Positions 49,227-60,153 are shown, numbered from the stretch's first letter. The stretch is 64,000 nucleotides of DNA from Candidatus Dojkabacteria bacterium (GCA_026415655.1 JAOAGR010000002.1:5-64004); one strand, 5' to 3'. The notes: generated from the letters alone by a model not told the origin. Numbers and translations: made by a program.

Positions 49227-49241
49227 AGTTTTTATTTACTT

Positions 49242-49655
49242 TTAAAATGGCAAATCATCATCTTCTTCAATGTCATCGATGTTTGTTTCGTTTGAAGTTT
49301 CATTTGACTGTGAAGAAGATTCTTTTTTATCTAAAATAACTATGTTTTCAGCGCGAATTTTATACTTCGTTCTAGTCTTTCCAGTATCAGCGTCTGTCCA
49401 TGAATCTGTCCGTATGGTGCCTTCAACATATACTTTGGATCCTTTATTTAGATATTGGCCTACAATTTTGGCAAGACCACCCCATGCTTCCACATCAAGA
49501 TAAGTTACTATTTCTTGGGCAGTTCCATCTTGTTTTTTGTAGGATTCATTTATTGCTATAGAAAATCTTGCAACCTCTGTTGATGAATTGACAATTGTTA
49601 CCTCTGGATTTCTAACCAGATTTCCAATTAATATTACTTTATTTACACATCTCAT
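49242..49655 (-). CDS. ssb: single-stranded DNA-binding protein
   Basis: 137 aa OB fold and acidic C-terminal tail ending DDDLPF. Confidence 0.9.
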   Translation of the reverse strand: MRCVNKVILIGNLVRNPEVTIVNSSTEVARFSIAINESYKKQDGTAQEIVTYLDVEAWGGLAKIVGQYLNKGSKVYVEGTIRTDSWTDADTGKTRTKYKIRAENIVILDKKESSSQSNETSNETNIDDIEEDDDLPF

Positions 49656-49700
49656 AAATTATTTAGATTCTAGCATGTTTGTGTTTTTAAAAACAAATTT

Positions 49701-50987
49701 TTATTTGATTTCATAAATTTGAGCGCCCAAAGATACTAATTTTTGTATTAAATCAGGATATCTACGATATAATGGGTCAATGTTTTCAATTATTGTATCT
49801 CCTTTCGCTGTAAGAGCCGATATTAAGATAGAATGTGCACATTGAATTATGTTTGGTGATTGCACCTTTGTTCCTTTTAATTTACTAGGTCCAAAAGTAA
49901 TTACCATATGTGGGTGAGCAAGTATAAGCGAGGCACCTAGCTTTTGTAACTCTTCAACAAAATACAATTGGCTTTCATACATATTTGAGTATATTTTTAT
50001 ACTTCCTTCTGCCTGTATCGCTAAAGCTATTGCTTGGGGGATTAGATCTACAGGAAATCCAGGCCATGGTTGATCTTGGATTTTATCAATATCACCACGT
50101 ATATTTTTTTTACAAATCAAATTTTGGTTTGATGAAATCAATACATCATCTCCATCTATCTGATAATTAAGATTTAATTTAGAGAAATAATTCAATATCT
50201 GTGTTAGATTCTGTGGTTTTGTATCCTTAATTCGTAATTGTCCTCTAGTTATTGCTGCAGCAACAATCCATCCTCCTACGTCAATATGATCAGGTTCTAT
50301 AGTCCATTCTCCGCCCTTCAAACTATTTACACCAGTAATTATTAGTCTATTTGTGCCAATACCCTCTATCTTAGCACCAATGCTATTTAAAAAACGACAT
50401 AGCTCTTGTGTGTGTGGTTCGCAGGCGGCGTTATATATAATTGTCGTTCCTTTTGCCTTAACGGCAGTCAAAATCAGATTTTCGGTACCTGTTACAGATG
50501 CCTCAAGAAGCCATATTGGCTCTAATAAGGGCTTTAGCTCATTTGTTTCTAATCGATAGTAATTTTCTTTAGAAACTGTTACGTTCATATTTTGTAGACC
50601 CTGGAATAATGTATCAAGAGGTCTATTTCCTAATTTGCATCCTCCTGGATTATTTATCTCAGCTTTACCAAATCTCGAAAGTAGAGGGCCTAAAAAAACA
50701 AACGTAGCTCTTTCTTTCTCTGCCAATTTGTCATCAATTTTATAATTGTTGACACTTGATGAATCAAATCTATAAGAATTATCTTTGATTTTTTCAACCT
50801 TGCCTCCGAGCTGTTTGAAAACATCAATAAATATATTTACTGATGATGTGTCAGGAACGTTGTGCAAAACTACAGGTTCATCAGCTAAAATAATGGCGGG
50901 TATTATTTTTATTACGGAATTTTTGTTTGGAACTGGTGTTACTGTACCATTTAGTGTACAGCCACCTTTTACTAATATTGTTTTCAT
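49701..50987 (-). CDS. murA: UDP-N-acetylglucosamine 1-carboxyvinyltransferase
   Basis: 428 aa; EPT-fold repeats, N-terminal VKGGCTLNGTVTPVPNKNS, length typical of MurA. Confidence 0.9.
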   Translation of the reverse strand: MKTILVKGGCTLNGTVTPVPNKNSVIKIIPAIILADEPVVLHNVPDTSSVNIFIDVFKQLGGKVEKIKDNSYRFDSSSVNNYKIDDKLAEKERATFVFLGPLLSRFGKAEINNPGGCKLGNRPLDTLFQGLQNMNVTVSKENYYRLETNELKPLLEPIWLLEASVTGTENLILTAVKAKGTTIIYNAACEPHTQELCRFLNSIGAKIEGIGTNRLIITGVNSLKGGEWTIEPDHIDVGGWIVAAAITRGQLRIKDTKPQNLTQILNYFSKLNLNYQIDGDDVLISSNQNLICKKNIRGDIDKIQDQPWPGFPVDLIPQAIALAIQAEGSIKIYSNMYESQLYFVEELQKLGASLILAHPHMVITFGPSKLKGTKVQSPNIIQCAHSILISALTAKGDTIIENIDPLYRRYPDLIQKLVSLGAQIYEIK

Positions 50988-51592
50988 TATTTTTCAATAA
51001 AAGATAAAAATATGCGCATAGGTATAAGAATCAAAATTATTATTGCTAGAGTAAATGGTATAAATAACCAAGTTTCGTATACAAATGAAATTGTGCCTAC
51101 CATTAACATAACAATCCAAAATATATGGGCATTCTTCTGGAAAAATAAAAATAGAGAAACTGGTATATCTTGTTTATTATTTATTCTTCCTATACTTTCT
51201 GTCATAAATATAAAAAATAAGAACATTAGTACAAAGAAAACATAAAAATATAAATAATTGCCGTAGACAGTACCATTATAGTATAGACTTAATATTTTAC
51301 TAGTAATAAAAAATAAAATATAGCTGATAGTCAAAGATGTGGAAACCGCAATATGCGAATTTATAGAGATTTTTGGGGTTAATTTCCTTGTTACATTTGC
51401 GTAGAAGAAAACATTAATAATCACCAATAAAAGAATTGGGATGTACCAAGAATATTTGATTTCGTTTATTAAAAAAAAGTAGTTTGATTCAAAATACATT
51501 ACACTACCTATTAAAGAAATTAAAATAAACAAATAGGTAAAGAAAAATGATGTAGGTTTGTCTAATTTAATCTTTAAATTAATCTTTTTCAT
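50987..51592 (-). CDS. hypothetical polytopic membrane protein
   Basis: 201 aa, ~6 hydrophobic helices; ATGA-style overlap with murA start. Confidence 0.5.
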   Translation of the reverse strand: MKKINLKIKLDKPTSFFFTYLFILISLIGSVMYFESNYFFLINEIKYSWYIPILLLVIINVFFYANVTRKLTPKISINSHIAVSTSLTISYILFFITSKILSLYYNGTVYGNYLYFYVFFVLMFLFFIFMTESIGRINNKQDIPVSLFLFFQKNAHIFWIVMLMVGTISFVYETWLFIPFTLAIIILILIPMRIFLSFIEK

Positions 51593-52818
51593 GATCGTAA
51601 AGAATAATTTTGTATTTGATTATATAAATTTATTGCTAAGTATATTAGATAACTGATTATTACATTGGTAATGCCCGATATAATGCCAGTTTGAGTATAT
51701 ACAATAACAAATATAGATGTAATCAATGCAATACCTGTATAAATAAGATGTCTCTTGTCTATTTCAAATAGGTGGGAGATTCCTAAAAACACAATAATAA
51801 TAGCATCCATAATAGTGATGGGTAAGACAAATAATTTTGCTATTGCTAGTGTTAATACCACAATGGCTATTGACTCTATTATCTTTATAAACGAATTATT
51901 TCTATCTCGAATTAATTTATAGATTATTGCAATCAGAAAGATAATAAAAAGTGAGGATATTTTTTTGATTATTTCTGTTTGTGTGGTTTGATCATAAATC
52001 TTTCCACTAATTCTTTTATATTCACTACTTAGACTTGGAGTATTAAACAATGTTTTTATGCTTTCAGCTTCTAATGGATTATTAGTAGTAGTAATAACCA
52101 ACCTTTCGGGGACAAAATCAACTGCAAATTGATTTGAACTGGTAATTCGAGCATTAGAATATCCACGTGTACCGTGTTTTACTGTTAAGGTCTGATATTG
52201 TTGATTTTTTAGTATTTCTAATTTTTCTTTACTTATAAAAAGTGAAGGTTCCAAATATATGATGTATCCTTGGGAATTTTGATCTAATGTAACTTTTGCA
52301 GGGCCAAAATCCGATCTAGATAAATTTAGTGATTTTTCAATTGTCGTTTCTTTTTGTGTTTCTGCGTTCCCACTTTCTTCGGTATTACTTTGAGTTATCT
52401 CTTTTACTAATACATCAAAGTTATCTGTATCTTTTGTTACAATAATATCTTGCTCAATAGCTATAGGAGATTTAATATGAATTTGAATTTTATTGTCTTT
52501 TGTCTTGACTATATTTAGAAAATAAAAGTTACCGAGCAATTCATACATTCGTTGTGAAATTATATTCATGTCATTTGATGCGGCTTCGTTCCATGTGGCA
52601 GGAGCATCAAAATTATTGACACTTTCAAATACATAGACATATTGTTTGCTAAATGTAAATTCATCATATGCAAAATTAAAAAAATTAAAATCTGATACGG
52701 AAGGTAGGCCTTTGTAAGAAATTATTTTATTGTCAAACCTGAAGCTAAACTGTGGTAATAAATATATAACAGATACAAAAGCCAATATTACTAAAAATGT
52801 CTTTAAAACATGTTTCAT
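51589..52818 (-). CDS. hypothetical membrane protein: N-terminal signal anchor, ~270-aa extracytoplasmic domain, 4-5 C-terminal TM helices
   Basis: 409 aa; hydrophobicity pattern only; 4-nt overlap with downstream gene. Confidence 0.5.
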   Translation of the reverse strand: MKHVLKTFLVILAFVSVIYLLPQFSFRFDNKIISYKGLPSVSDFNFFNFAYDEFTFSKQYVYVFESVNNFDAPATWNEAASNDMNIISQRMYELLGNFYFLNIVKTKDNKIQIHIKSPIAIEQDIIVTKDTDNFDVLVKEITQSNTEESGNAETQKETTIEKSLNLSRSDFGPAKVTLDQNSQGYIIYLEPSLFISKEKLEILKNQQYQTLTVKHGTRGYSNARITSSNQFAVDFVPERLVITTTNNPLEAESIKTLFNTPSLSSEYKRISGKIYDQTTQTEIIKKISSLFIIFLIAIIYKLIRDRNNSFIKIIESIAIVVLTLAIAKLFVLPITIMDAIIIVFLGISHLFEIDKRHLIYTGIALITSIFVIVYTQTGIISGITNVIISYLIYLAINLYNQIQNYSLRS

Positions 52819-52860
52819 CGCTTTTAGATTATACTAATGTTAACTATTTTAGCAAATAAA

Positions 52861-53505
52861 TCAAAATTTAAGACTTTCTTTAGATATTCCAATAACTTGA
52901 CAGAGTATATTTTTGTAGTAATTCTTGATGAATTCTTGATCGACTATTACTTTTTCAAATTCAGGGGAGATATGTTTACTGTCTTTTATAATAATATTTC
53001 TTTTTGAATTAAAGAAGATTGTCGAATTTTTTCTGATTTTCTCTCCAGATATATGGCATCTGATTGATCGATCTTCGTTCAATAGGTCTAGCAATTTACG
53101 TAAAAAGTTCGTATAAAGTCCAATAAGCTTATCTTCTTCCTGAGATTCCCGAAGTAATTTGTATATTAAATTAAATACATCTTTGTCTTTATATTGCTTA
53201 CTTAGCATATAAGTTATTTTAATTACATCAAAGACAAATAATAGATATTTTTCACTGTAAGTTTGTATAGTAAGGATGGATCTTATAATTTGTGTTTCCG
53301 TGATATAAGAGAAGTTTCTTCCTTCCCGATAGACGATTTCTAAGATGTTTCCTAATGCATAGAAATTCGAACTGTTTTTGTTCTTAACTAAAAATCTACG
53401 TAAAGATCCATCATCGCATAGTGCCTCTAAGATAGAAGTGTTATCGCTGTATTTAAATTTATTAAGTATTATTATTTTTGATTTTTTGTCTAGAATTTTA
53501 GTCAT
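52861..53505 (-). CDS. possible DNA repair protein RecO-like
   Basis: 214 aa; N-terminal OB-like region (KSKIIILNKFKYSDNTSILEALCDDGSLRRFLVKNK) and helical C-region resemble RecO, but no C4 zinc motif. Confidence 0.35.
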   Translation of the reverse strand: MTKILDKKSKIIILNKFKYSDNTSILEALCDDGSLRRFLVKNKNSSNFYALGNILEIVYREGRNFSYITETQIIRSILTIQTYSEKYLLFVFDVIKITYMLSKQYKDKDVFNLIYKLLRESQEEDKLIGLYTNFLRKLLDLLNEDRSIRCHISGEKIRKNSTIFFNSKRNIIIKDSKHISPEFEKVIVDQEFIKNYYKNILCQVIGISKESLKF

Positions 53506-53539
53506 TTTCTTTTAGATAGTATAATCGTAAGTATTACTT

Positions 53540-56365
53540 ATGAAAAATTTTATCTTGATTAAAAAACTTAAAAGTAATCTTGTTAATGCCGAAATATTTT
53601 TATATCAGCATGTAGCTACAGGGGCATATATACTTTGGCTAAAAAATGATGAGAAAGAATATTCTTTTCATATTGGATTTCATACTCCGCCGTATTCTAA
53701 TAATGGTGTTGCTCATGTCTTAGAACACATGGTACTCGCGGGTAGTAAAAAATATCCGGATGATAAGATATTTGAAAAAGTTTCAAACAAAACTTTAGCG
53801 ACATCGTTAAATGCTTATACATCTGCTAACCACACTGTCTATCACTTCGCCACTGCAAACAAAAAAGATTATGAAAATCTGTTGGACTTCTATTTATCCT
53901 CAGTTTTTGAACCTTTACTGACATATGAAGTTTTTTTACGCGAGGGAATTAATTTACATTCTTATAGAGATGGAGAAATAGGAGGCATTGTTTTTAATGA
54001 GATGAAAGGTGCATATCTGGATCCGGATACATATGTATATAATCATTGTAAAACCTTTTTGCTAGAAGGTACGCCTTTATGTTTTCATTCTGGTGGATAT
54101 CCATTAGATATTCTAGATCTTGATTATAACGAAGTCATTGATTTTTATAACAAATATTATCATCCGTCAAACTCTTTCACGGTAATTTGTGGTGATTTGG
54201 AAATTGGAAAAGTTTTGAAAGTACTAGATCAATGTTATAGTAGGTTTCAGTCGATCAAATATGATGATAATTTAGCTTTTGACAATAGTTCCATTCATCA
54301 CCATCCAAAAGATAAATATTTAACTTTTGAAATGCCTAGTCAATCAGAGGATGAGCACGCAACCTTAGTTTATAATTTTGTTGATTTTAACTTAAGTATA
54401 GAAGAAAAAACTTTACAAAGTGCACTTTTTAATTATTTGTTAAACTATACTGCAAGTCCCTTAGTCACACAGATTCTCGATACTCAACTGTCAGCTAATA
54501 TCAATTCAAGTTTTATTAATTATGGTAAAATAAGTACCTATTCTTGGATATTTAGTAAGGTAGAAGAGAGCACATTTTCAGCTTTAGAAAATAAGTTTTT
54601 TAATATCATTCGTGACATACAAAATCTGCAATATGATCAGGTTAGTCCGTTTTTAGAGAATCAAGAATTTCAGCTAAAAGTTCAAAGTAATGCTTCATCT
54701 TATGCAGATATTATTCTACGAAATTATTTTTTAAAAAATATTTCGCTAGAAGAATGTATTAATCTGGATTTGAATTTAACTCTTTTTGAAAAGACACGCA
54801 TTGCCATAAAGACAAATAATGAACTTTTCAAGTTATTAAAAGCAAAATTTTCAAATCTAAATAATTTTAATTCAAAATTACTTTACTTGCCAAATAAAAA
54901 TTTTGCACAAAAGGTAGATACTGAAATAAATCAGAAGTTAGTCAATTTATCCAAATCGAATACAGAACCTAAAGGAGCAGAACATAAATATTCTGATAAT
55001 GTAGATTATCCTTTAATCAAGCGAAAGTATTTAAGATCGAATATTCAAGACATTGTTGATCAAAGAGAATATATTGATGGTCGTAAGTATATAACTACAA
55101 ATTCTGCTTTTATTGATGTTATAGAGATAAGGATATTCTTTGATACTGAGGATTTCACAATAGATGAGTTAAGGGCATTATCATTTTTATACGGTACATT
55201 AGTAAAAAGCCCGACAAAGAAATATTCAGCAGAAGAAGTTAGTGCTCTTTTGTATCAATATTTTGGGTATTTTAATATATACGAAGTTCTTAATAATAAC
55301 CATAAAACGGGTCAGGAGATAATCGGTCAAGTACTATATTTTTCCTGTTTAGAAAGAAATCTAGATGAGGTCTTAGATATACTGACGGAAGTACTTTTAA
55401 ATAGCCAGTTGGATTTTGAGAAATTTAGTTCTGTAATTAACTCGAATCTAGACTATTTTGAACAGGATGTTGTTTATTCAGGTACTAGGTATATGATTTT
55501 AGAAACAACATCTTCTATATCCAGTGCTTTAAGTATTCGTAATGATTTGCAGGGGATACCGATGTTGGTTTTCTTGCGCAAAACATACAAATCCGAACAA
55601 AAACTAGAATTATTTTTTGAAACATTGAAATCGGCTTATAAAAAGCTTTTTGATAGAAATCGTATTAAATTAGTGGGAATTGGCGCAAAATCAGATTATG
55701 AAATTATAAGGAAAAAAATTGAACTTTTTATCTCAAATTTGAGAAATTCTAATAATTTTGATTCGATAGACAAACAAGATCATCAAATAGAGAATGTTGT
55801 TTATGCAACAAACACTTCTGTATCATATACAAGTGCTCTGTATGAAACAAAATCACAAAATAGAGGAGAGCTTTTTTTTATATCCAATTTTTTAAATACA
55901 GATTATGCGACACAAAAAATTAGATTAGAAAATAACGCGTATGGGGGATATTGTTATGTCACATTCTTTCCACCTGATAGAGTATATATAATATCTGCTA
56001 GTTATAGGGATCCTGATCCACGGAGGACACTTGATATATTCAACGATTTACCGGGTTACTTGAAGAATTTAAGGTTCAAACGAAAGACTATTAATGATTA
56101 TCTTTTAGTAGCCATTAATTACGTAGATCCATATATTAGCTTGCGTGACAGACCATATATAGGATTCATGAATGAACTAAAAGAGTTTGATTATAATGAT
56201 ATTAATAGAATAAAAAACGAAGTATTAGAAGCAACCCAGAGTTCGATAAATGAACAAATAGAAATATTATCTAATATTCAAATGTGTAAATTTAGCATTT
56301 TGACCAATAAATCTGTTGCTGATGTATTAAAGAATAGAAATAATACGAAATTAGTGAAAATATGA
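53540..56365 (+). CDS. M16 family zinc metallopeptidase, PreP-like (inverted HxxEH motif)
   Basis: 941 aa; HVLEHMVLAGSKKYP (HxxEH) near N-terminus; four-domain length typical of presequence-protease-like M16C enzymes. Confidence 0.85.
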   Translation: MKNFILIKKLKSNLVNAEIFLYQHVATGAYILWLKNDEKEYSFHIGFHTPPYSNNGVAHVLEHMVLAGSKKYPDDKIFEKVSNKTLATSLNAYTSANHTVYHFATANKKDYENLLDFYLSSVFEPLLTYEVFLREGINLHSYRDGEIGGIVFNEMKGAYLDPDTYVYNHCKTFLLEGTPLCFHSGGYPLDILDLDYNEVIDFYNKYYHPSNSFTVICGDLEIGKVLKVLDQCYSRFQSIKYDDNLAFDNSSIHHHPKDKYLTFEMPSQSEDEHATLVYNFVDFNLSIEEKTLQSALFNYLLNYTASPLVTQILDTQLSANINSSFINYGKISTYSWIFSKVEESTFSALENKFFNIIRDIQNLQYDQVSPFLENQEFQLKVQSNASSYADIILRNYFLKNISLEECINLDLNLTLFEKTRIAIKTNNELFKLLKAKFSNLNNFNSKLLYLPNKNFAQKVDTEINQKLVNLSKSNTEPKGAEHKYSDNVDYPLIKRKYLRSNIQDIVDQREYIDGRKYITTNSAFIDVIEIRIFFDTEDFTIDELRALSFLYGTLVKSPTKKYSAEEVSALLYQYFGYFNIYEVLNNNHKTGQEIIGQVLYFSCLERNLDEVLDILTEVLLNSQLDFEKFSSVINSNLDYFEQDVVYSGTRYMILETTSSISSALSIRNDLQGIPMLVFLRKTYKSEQKLELFFETLKSAYKKLFDRNRIKLVGIGAKSDYEIIRKKIELFISNLRNSNNFDSIDKQDHQIENVVYATNTSVSYTSALYETKSQNRGELFFISNFLNTDYATQKIRLENNAYGGYCYVTFFPPDRVYIISASYRDPDPRRTLDIFNDLPGYLKNLRFKRKTINDYLLVAINYVDPYISLRDRPYIGFMNELKEFDYNDINRIKNEVLEATQSSINEQIEILSNIQMCKFSILTNKSVADVLKNRNNTKLVKI

Positions 56366-56922
56366 ATCAGAATTTAAAATCTCCGGTTATCCTGGCTTTT
56401 GATTATGGTACCAAAAGGATTGGAGTAGCTGTTACAAGTGATGATGGTAAATATGTTAAACCATTAGATGTTATAAAAAATAATTTTGACATTATTGATG
56501 TTGAAATAGAAAATTTGAAAAAGAATTCTAGCGAGCCAAAAGATAAACAAATAAAATTATTAAAAAAACAAAAAGAAAAAAAATTACACATCTTTTTGAA
56601 TAAGGTGTTTGAGTTGGTAAGCAGGTATTATCCAGATGTTATATTAATTGGTATGCCTTCTACAGTTGATAAAGTATATAAGAAAAAGATCCTTAAGTTT
56701 GCTAATGAGATAAAAAAATTTTTGAATAAGAAAAAAGTTCTATTAGATATACAAATAATAAATGAGGATCTAACATCACATGATGGATTAAAAGAATTAA
56801 ATATGCTTGGATTTACAAAGAAAAATATAGATGATCTGATTGATAGTTATTCGGCAATGTATATAATCAAAACATATAACGATAAATATGCGTATGATAT
56901 TAGTAAAGAGACAGATAAATAA
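56362..56922 (+). CDS. ruvX: YqgF/RuvX-like putative pre-16S rRNA nuclease / Holliday-junction-resolvase-like protein (with insertion)
   Basis: 186 aa; N-terminal VILAFDYGTKRIGVAVTSDDG RNase-H-like motif. Confidence 0.75.
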   Translation: MNQNLKSPVILAFDYGTKRIGVAVTSDDGKYVKPLDVIKNNFDIIDVEIENLKKNSSEPKDKQIKLLKKQKEKKLHIFLNKVFELVSRYYPDVILIGMPSTVDKVYKKKILKFANEIKKFLNKKKVLLDIQIINEDLTSHDGLKELNMLGFTKKNIDDLIDSYSAMYIIKTYNDKYAYDISKETDK

Positions 56923-57235
56923 ACCTATAGATAAAATTAAAGTTGATAAAATAATTGAAATTAAAGATTATGGCCTATATTATAGTCCTTCCAAAATAAG
57001 CTTTGTTATATTTAAATTTATACAATTAAATTTTGAACAATTTAAAAAAGATTTATTTGTAAACAGTGGAATGTCTTTACAAATCAAAATATCGTTAAAC
57101 TCAGTTACACCTAAAAAGACGGTTTTGGAAATAGAGCTAAATGCTAAAAATGCAATAGGTAAAATTTATCTACTTTTACTAAAGAGGTATTTTATAAAAA
57201 AGCTTAATTTGTTATCTGAAAGTATACTAACTTGA
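56888..57235 (+). CDS. questionable small ORF (115 aa) in ruvX-acs spacer
   Basis: Overlaps ruvX 3' end by 35 nt; Lys/Ile-rich, no recognisable domain; could be spurious in AT-rich spacer. Confidence 0.2.
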   Translation: MRMILVKRQINKPIDKIKVDKIIEIKDYGLYYSPSKISFVIFKFIQLNFEQFKKDLFVNSGMSLQIKISLNSVTPKKTVLEIELNAKNAIGKIYLLLLKRYFIKKLNLLSESILT

Positions 57236-57283
57236 TATTAAATTTATTGATTTTATTAAAAATTTTTCATATCTTAGATTATC

Positions 57284-59443
57284 ATGATCAGAGATCTAAA
57301 TAGTCTTTTTTATCCCAAAAAAATAGCGATATATGGCGTTTCTCGAGATGAAAATGCCTTAGGAAATAGTATTTTACGTAATATTATTGAATCGGGATAT
57401 AAGGGAAAAATTTATCCTATTCATAAAGAGTTGGAAACTATATATAGTCTTTCTGTTTATAAAAATATTAAAGATATAAATGATACACTAGATTTGGTTT
57501 TGATTTCTGTAAAAGCTGATTTTGTATTGGATATATTACAACAATGCGTGTCTTTCGGAGTAAAAAATTTTTGTATCTATAGCGCTGGTTTCGGTGAAAT
57601 GGGCGATAGTGGAGATGAAAGAGAGAAAATACTTCAAGAATTTGCAGATCGACATCAACTTAATATTCTTGGTCCTAATTGTTTGGGATTTGTAAATAAT
57701 GACATCAAGCTCAATGCGACTTTTGCTCTAGCCAATAATAGAACAGGAAATCTAAGATTTATTACACAATCTGGTGCTATAGCTTCGAGTTTTTTTGATT
57801 GGGCCACCCATAACAAAATCCATTTTTCACATTTTGTCACTTTAGGTAATAAGACAGTTTTAAATGAAGTAGATATACTACGTTATTTTGATTCAATAGA
57901 TCGAGATGAAGCCAACACTGATACTGAATTAGCATCTGTCTGTCCTATTGGACTTTATTTAGAATCAATAAATAATGGTGTGGATTTTGTAGATATAACA
58001 TCAAAAATTTCCTTAAAACATCCTATCTTTTTATTGAAGCCAGGAAGGAGTACAACAGCCCAAAAAGCTATTTCGTCTCATACTGGTTCTATGGCTAATG
58101 ATGATCGGGTTTTAGATACCGCAATTCGAGAGTCAGGCATTTTAAGATGCGATGGTATAGAAGACTTTTTTGATTTGGCAAAGGCATTTGCTTGGGAAGA
58201 TGCTCCTTTAGGGCCAAATGTCGTTGTGCTTACTAATGCAGGAGGTCCTGCTGTGGTACTATCTGATGCTATTGAACAAAATGGACTAAAGTTAGTTTAC
58301 ATTGACGATAAAAATAAGCATAGACTTCAAAGCATATTACCACCATCAGCTAGTATTAATAATCCCATTGATGTATTGGGTGATGCACCAGCACTTCGGT
58401 ATATAGAAGCTTTAGATATTGTTTTATCACAAAGCAATGTTCATGCCGCAATACTTGTTCTCACTCCCCAGATAATGACTGAAATTTCCAAAACTGCGGA
58501 AATGATAGCTAGAATAGCTTCTATTCACAGAAAGACGGTTATCTGTTCTTTCATGGGTAGTAGCCAAATTGTTAATGGAGAAGAAATTTTAAACATGCAT
58601 AAAATACCAAATTTTAGGTATCCAGAAAGAGCAGCAAAAGTACTTGGCATAATGTACAGATGGAGGCAGTATGTAATTGATGCATTGCATGAAATGAAAT
58701 CTCCTATTTTATTTACTGATGAATCTGTACCAAATGATGGCGTTTTGCTTTTGTTTGATAACCTAAAAAATAAATATACAACACATCACAACCGTCAAAT
58801 AAATTTATCAAACTACGAGGTTAATGAAATTTTTACTCTTCATAATATAAATGTGCCAGCAAGTAGAGTTGTTACTAGTTTTGATGAATGTTTGGATTTT
58901 GTTAATACAAACGGGTTTCCTGTAGTCATGAAGATAATTTCAAGAAATCTCGTACATAAATTTGACGTTGGGGGTGTTATAACAGGTATCAATACACAAA
59001 GAAAATTAAAGAAAAGCTTTGATAAGATGAATAATAATATAAAAAGTCTTAATCTGACTGAAGCTTCGATACAGATTCAAAAACAATGCCAAAAAGGTGT
59101 TGAGCTCATAGTAGGGTTAAAAAGGGATCGATCATTTGGTGATTTGATTTTGTTTGGGATGGGAGGCACGTATGCGGAATTAATATCTGATATAAATATG
59201 GCATTATTACCATTGGATTATCATAAAATTAAGAGTCTCGTGCATTCATCAAGAGTATTTAGATTACTAAGTGGCTATCGTAACGGCGAAGTTTATGACC
59301 TAGAACCTCTTTATGATTTTCTTTTTAGATTTTCACAGCTATTAGAATTATATCCTCAAATACAAGAAATCGAGGTTAATCCGTTGATTGTAAATACTAA
59401 TGGAATATGGGCAGTTGATGGAAAGGCAGTATTGAGTACTTAA
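57284..59443 (+). CDS. acetate--CoA ligase (ADP-forming), fused alpha+beta subunits (NDP-forming acyl-CoA synthetase family)
   Basis: 719 aa; N-terminal CoA-binding Rossmann (KIAIYGVSRDENALGNSILRNI), CoA-ligase domain, C-terminal ATP-grasp domain. Confidence 0.8.
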   Translation: MIRDLNSLFYPKKIAIYGVSRDENALGNSILRNIIESGYKGKIYPIHKELETIYSLSVYKNIKDINDTLDLVLISVKADFVLDILQQCVSFGVKNFCIYSAGFGEMGDSGDEREKILQEFADRHQLNILGPNCLGFVNNDIKLNATFALANNRTGNLRFITQSGAIASSFFDWATHNKIHFSHFVTLGNKTVLNEVDILRYFDSIDRDEANTDTELASVCPIGLYLESINNGVDFVDITSKISLKHPIFLLKPGRSTTAQKAISSHTGSMANDDRVLDTAIRESGILRCDGIEDFFDLAKAFAWEDAPLGPNVVVLTNAGGPAVVLSDAIEQNGLKLVYIDDKNKHRLQSILPPSASINNPIDVLGDAPALRYIEALDIVLSQSNVHAAILVLTPQIMTEISKTAEMIARIASIHRKTVICSFMGSSQIVNGEEILNMHKIPNFRYPERAAKVLGIMYRWRQYVIDALHEMKSPILFTDESVPNDGVLLLFDNLKNKYTTHHNRQINLSNYEVNEIFTLHNINVPASRVVTSFDECLDFVNTNGFPVVMKIISRNLVHKFDVGGVITGINTQRKLKKSFDKMNNNIKSLNLTEASIQIQKQCQKGVELIVGLKRDRSFGDLILFGMGGTYAELISDINMALLPLDYHKIKSLVHSSRVFRLLSGYRNGEVYDLEPLYDFLFRFSQLLELYPQIQEIEVNPLIVNTNGIWAVDGKAVLST

Positions 59444-59451
59444 GAGATTAT

Positions 59452-60153
59452 TTGCTAGAATCCTCTAGCATGACATTATATTTTTTAGAAAATATAGAAC
59501 TTGTAATATTATTATTACTTTTAACATCTCTTGTTACGACTGTATTTCGCAATATTATTGGAATAAAGACTTTGAATATTTATATAGTATTAATTTATGC
59601 TGTAATTTTTGTGTCTAATGCGTACTACATCTTTTTTGTAAATACAGAGTTTGATTATTGGATAATTCTATTTTCTTTGTTACATATTTTCTTAATATTT
59701 ATTTTGCATTACATTACTCTCATTTTTTATAAAAAAATAGTGTCTGGATTAAATATTCATTATTATGCAAAAGTTTCTCTGGCAACGACCTCTTTCCTAT
59801 TATTAGTATATGGTATCTCTATGATATTCAATTTGACAGATCTATATACGAATAGATCCAAATTAGCACTAGTATTAACTATTTTATTGCTTTCATTTAC
59901 TCTAGAACCATTATCATCTTTACTTATGCAGAAAGGATTAAAAACTTTTAATGAAATATACAAAAATACACTTTTTGGATGTTTAATCATATCGATAATC
60001 ATTATTTTATTTATTACATACCTACATAATATGTTGAATATTTGGTTATTTTTTATATTTGCATTATTAATAATTATCTATTTAGGAAAGTTTGCAGGAC
60101 TAAGATTAACCGAGATATATAGATTTAGAGAGATTATCAAAAAAAATGATTAA
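59452..60153 (+). CDS. small polytopic (6-7 TM) membrane protein, partner of the downstream ATP-grasp/protease fusion
   Basis: 233 aa almost entirely hydrophobic helices; stop 4 nt before next gene. Confidence 0.55.
   Translation: MLESSSMTLYFLENIELVILLLLLTSLVTTVFRNIIGIKTLNIYIVLIYAVIFVSNAYYIFFVNTEFDYWIILFSLLHIFLIFILHYITLIFYKKIVSGLNIHYYAKVSLATTSFLLLVYGISMIFNLTDLYTNRSKLALVLTILLLSFTLEPLSSLLMQKGLKTFNEIYKNTLFGCLIISIIIILFITYLHNMLNIWLFFIFALLIIIYLGKFAGLRLTEIYRFREIIKKND

Noticed and set aside
56888-57235. 115-aa ORF overlapping the 3' end of ruvX
   Set aside because: Lys/Ile-rich, no motif, sits in an AT-rich spacer where random ORFs are common; kept only as a very low-confidence feature.
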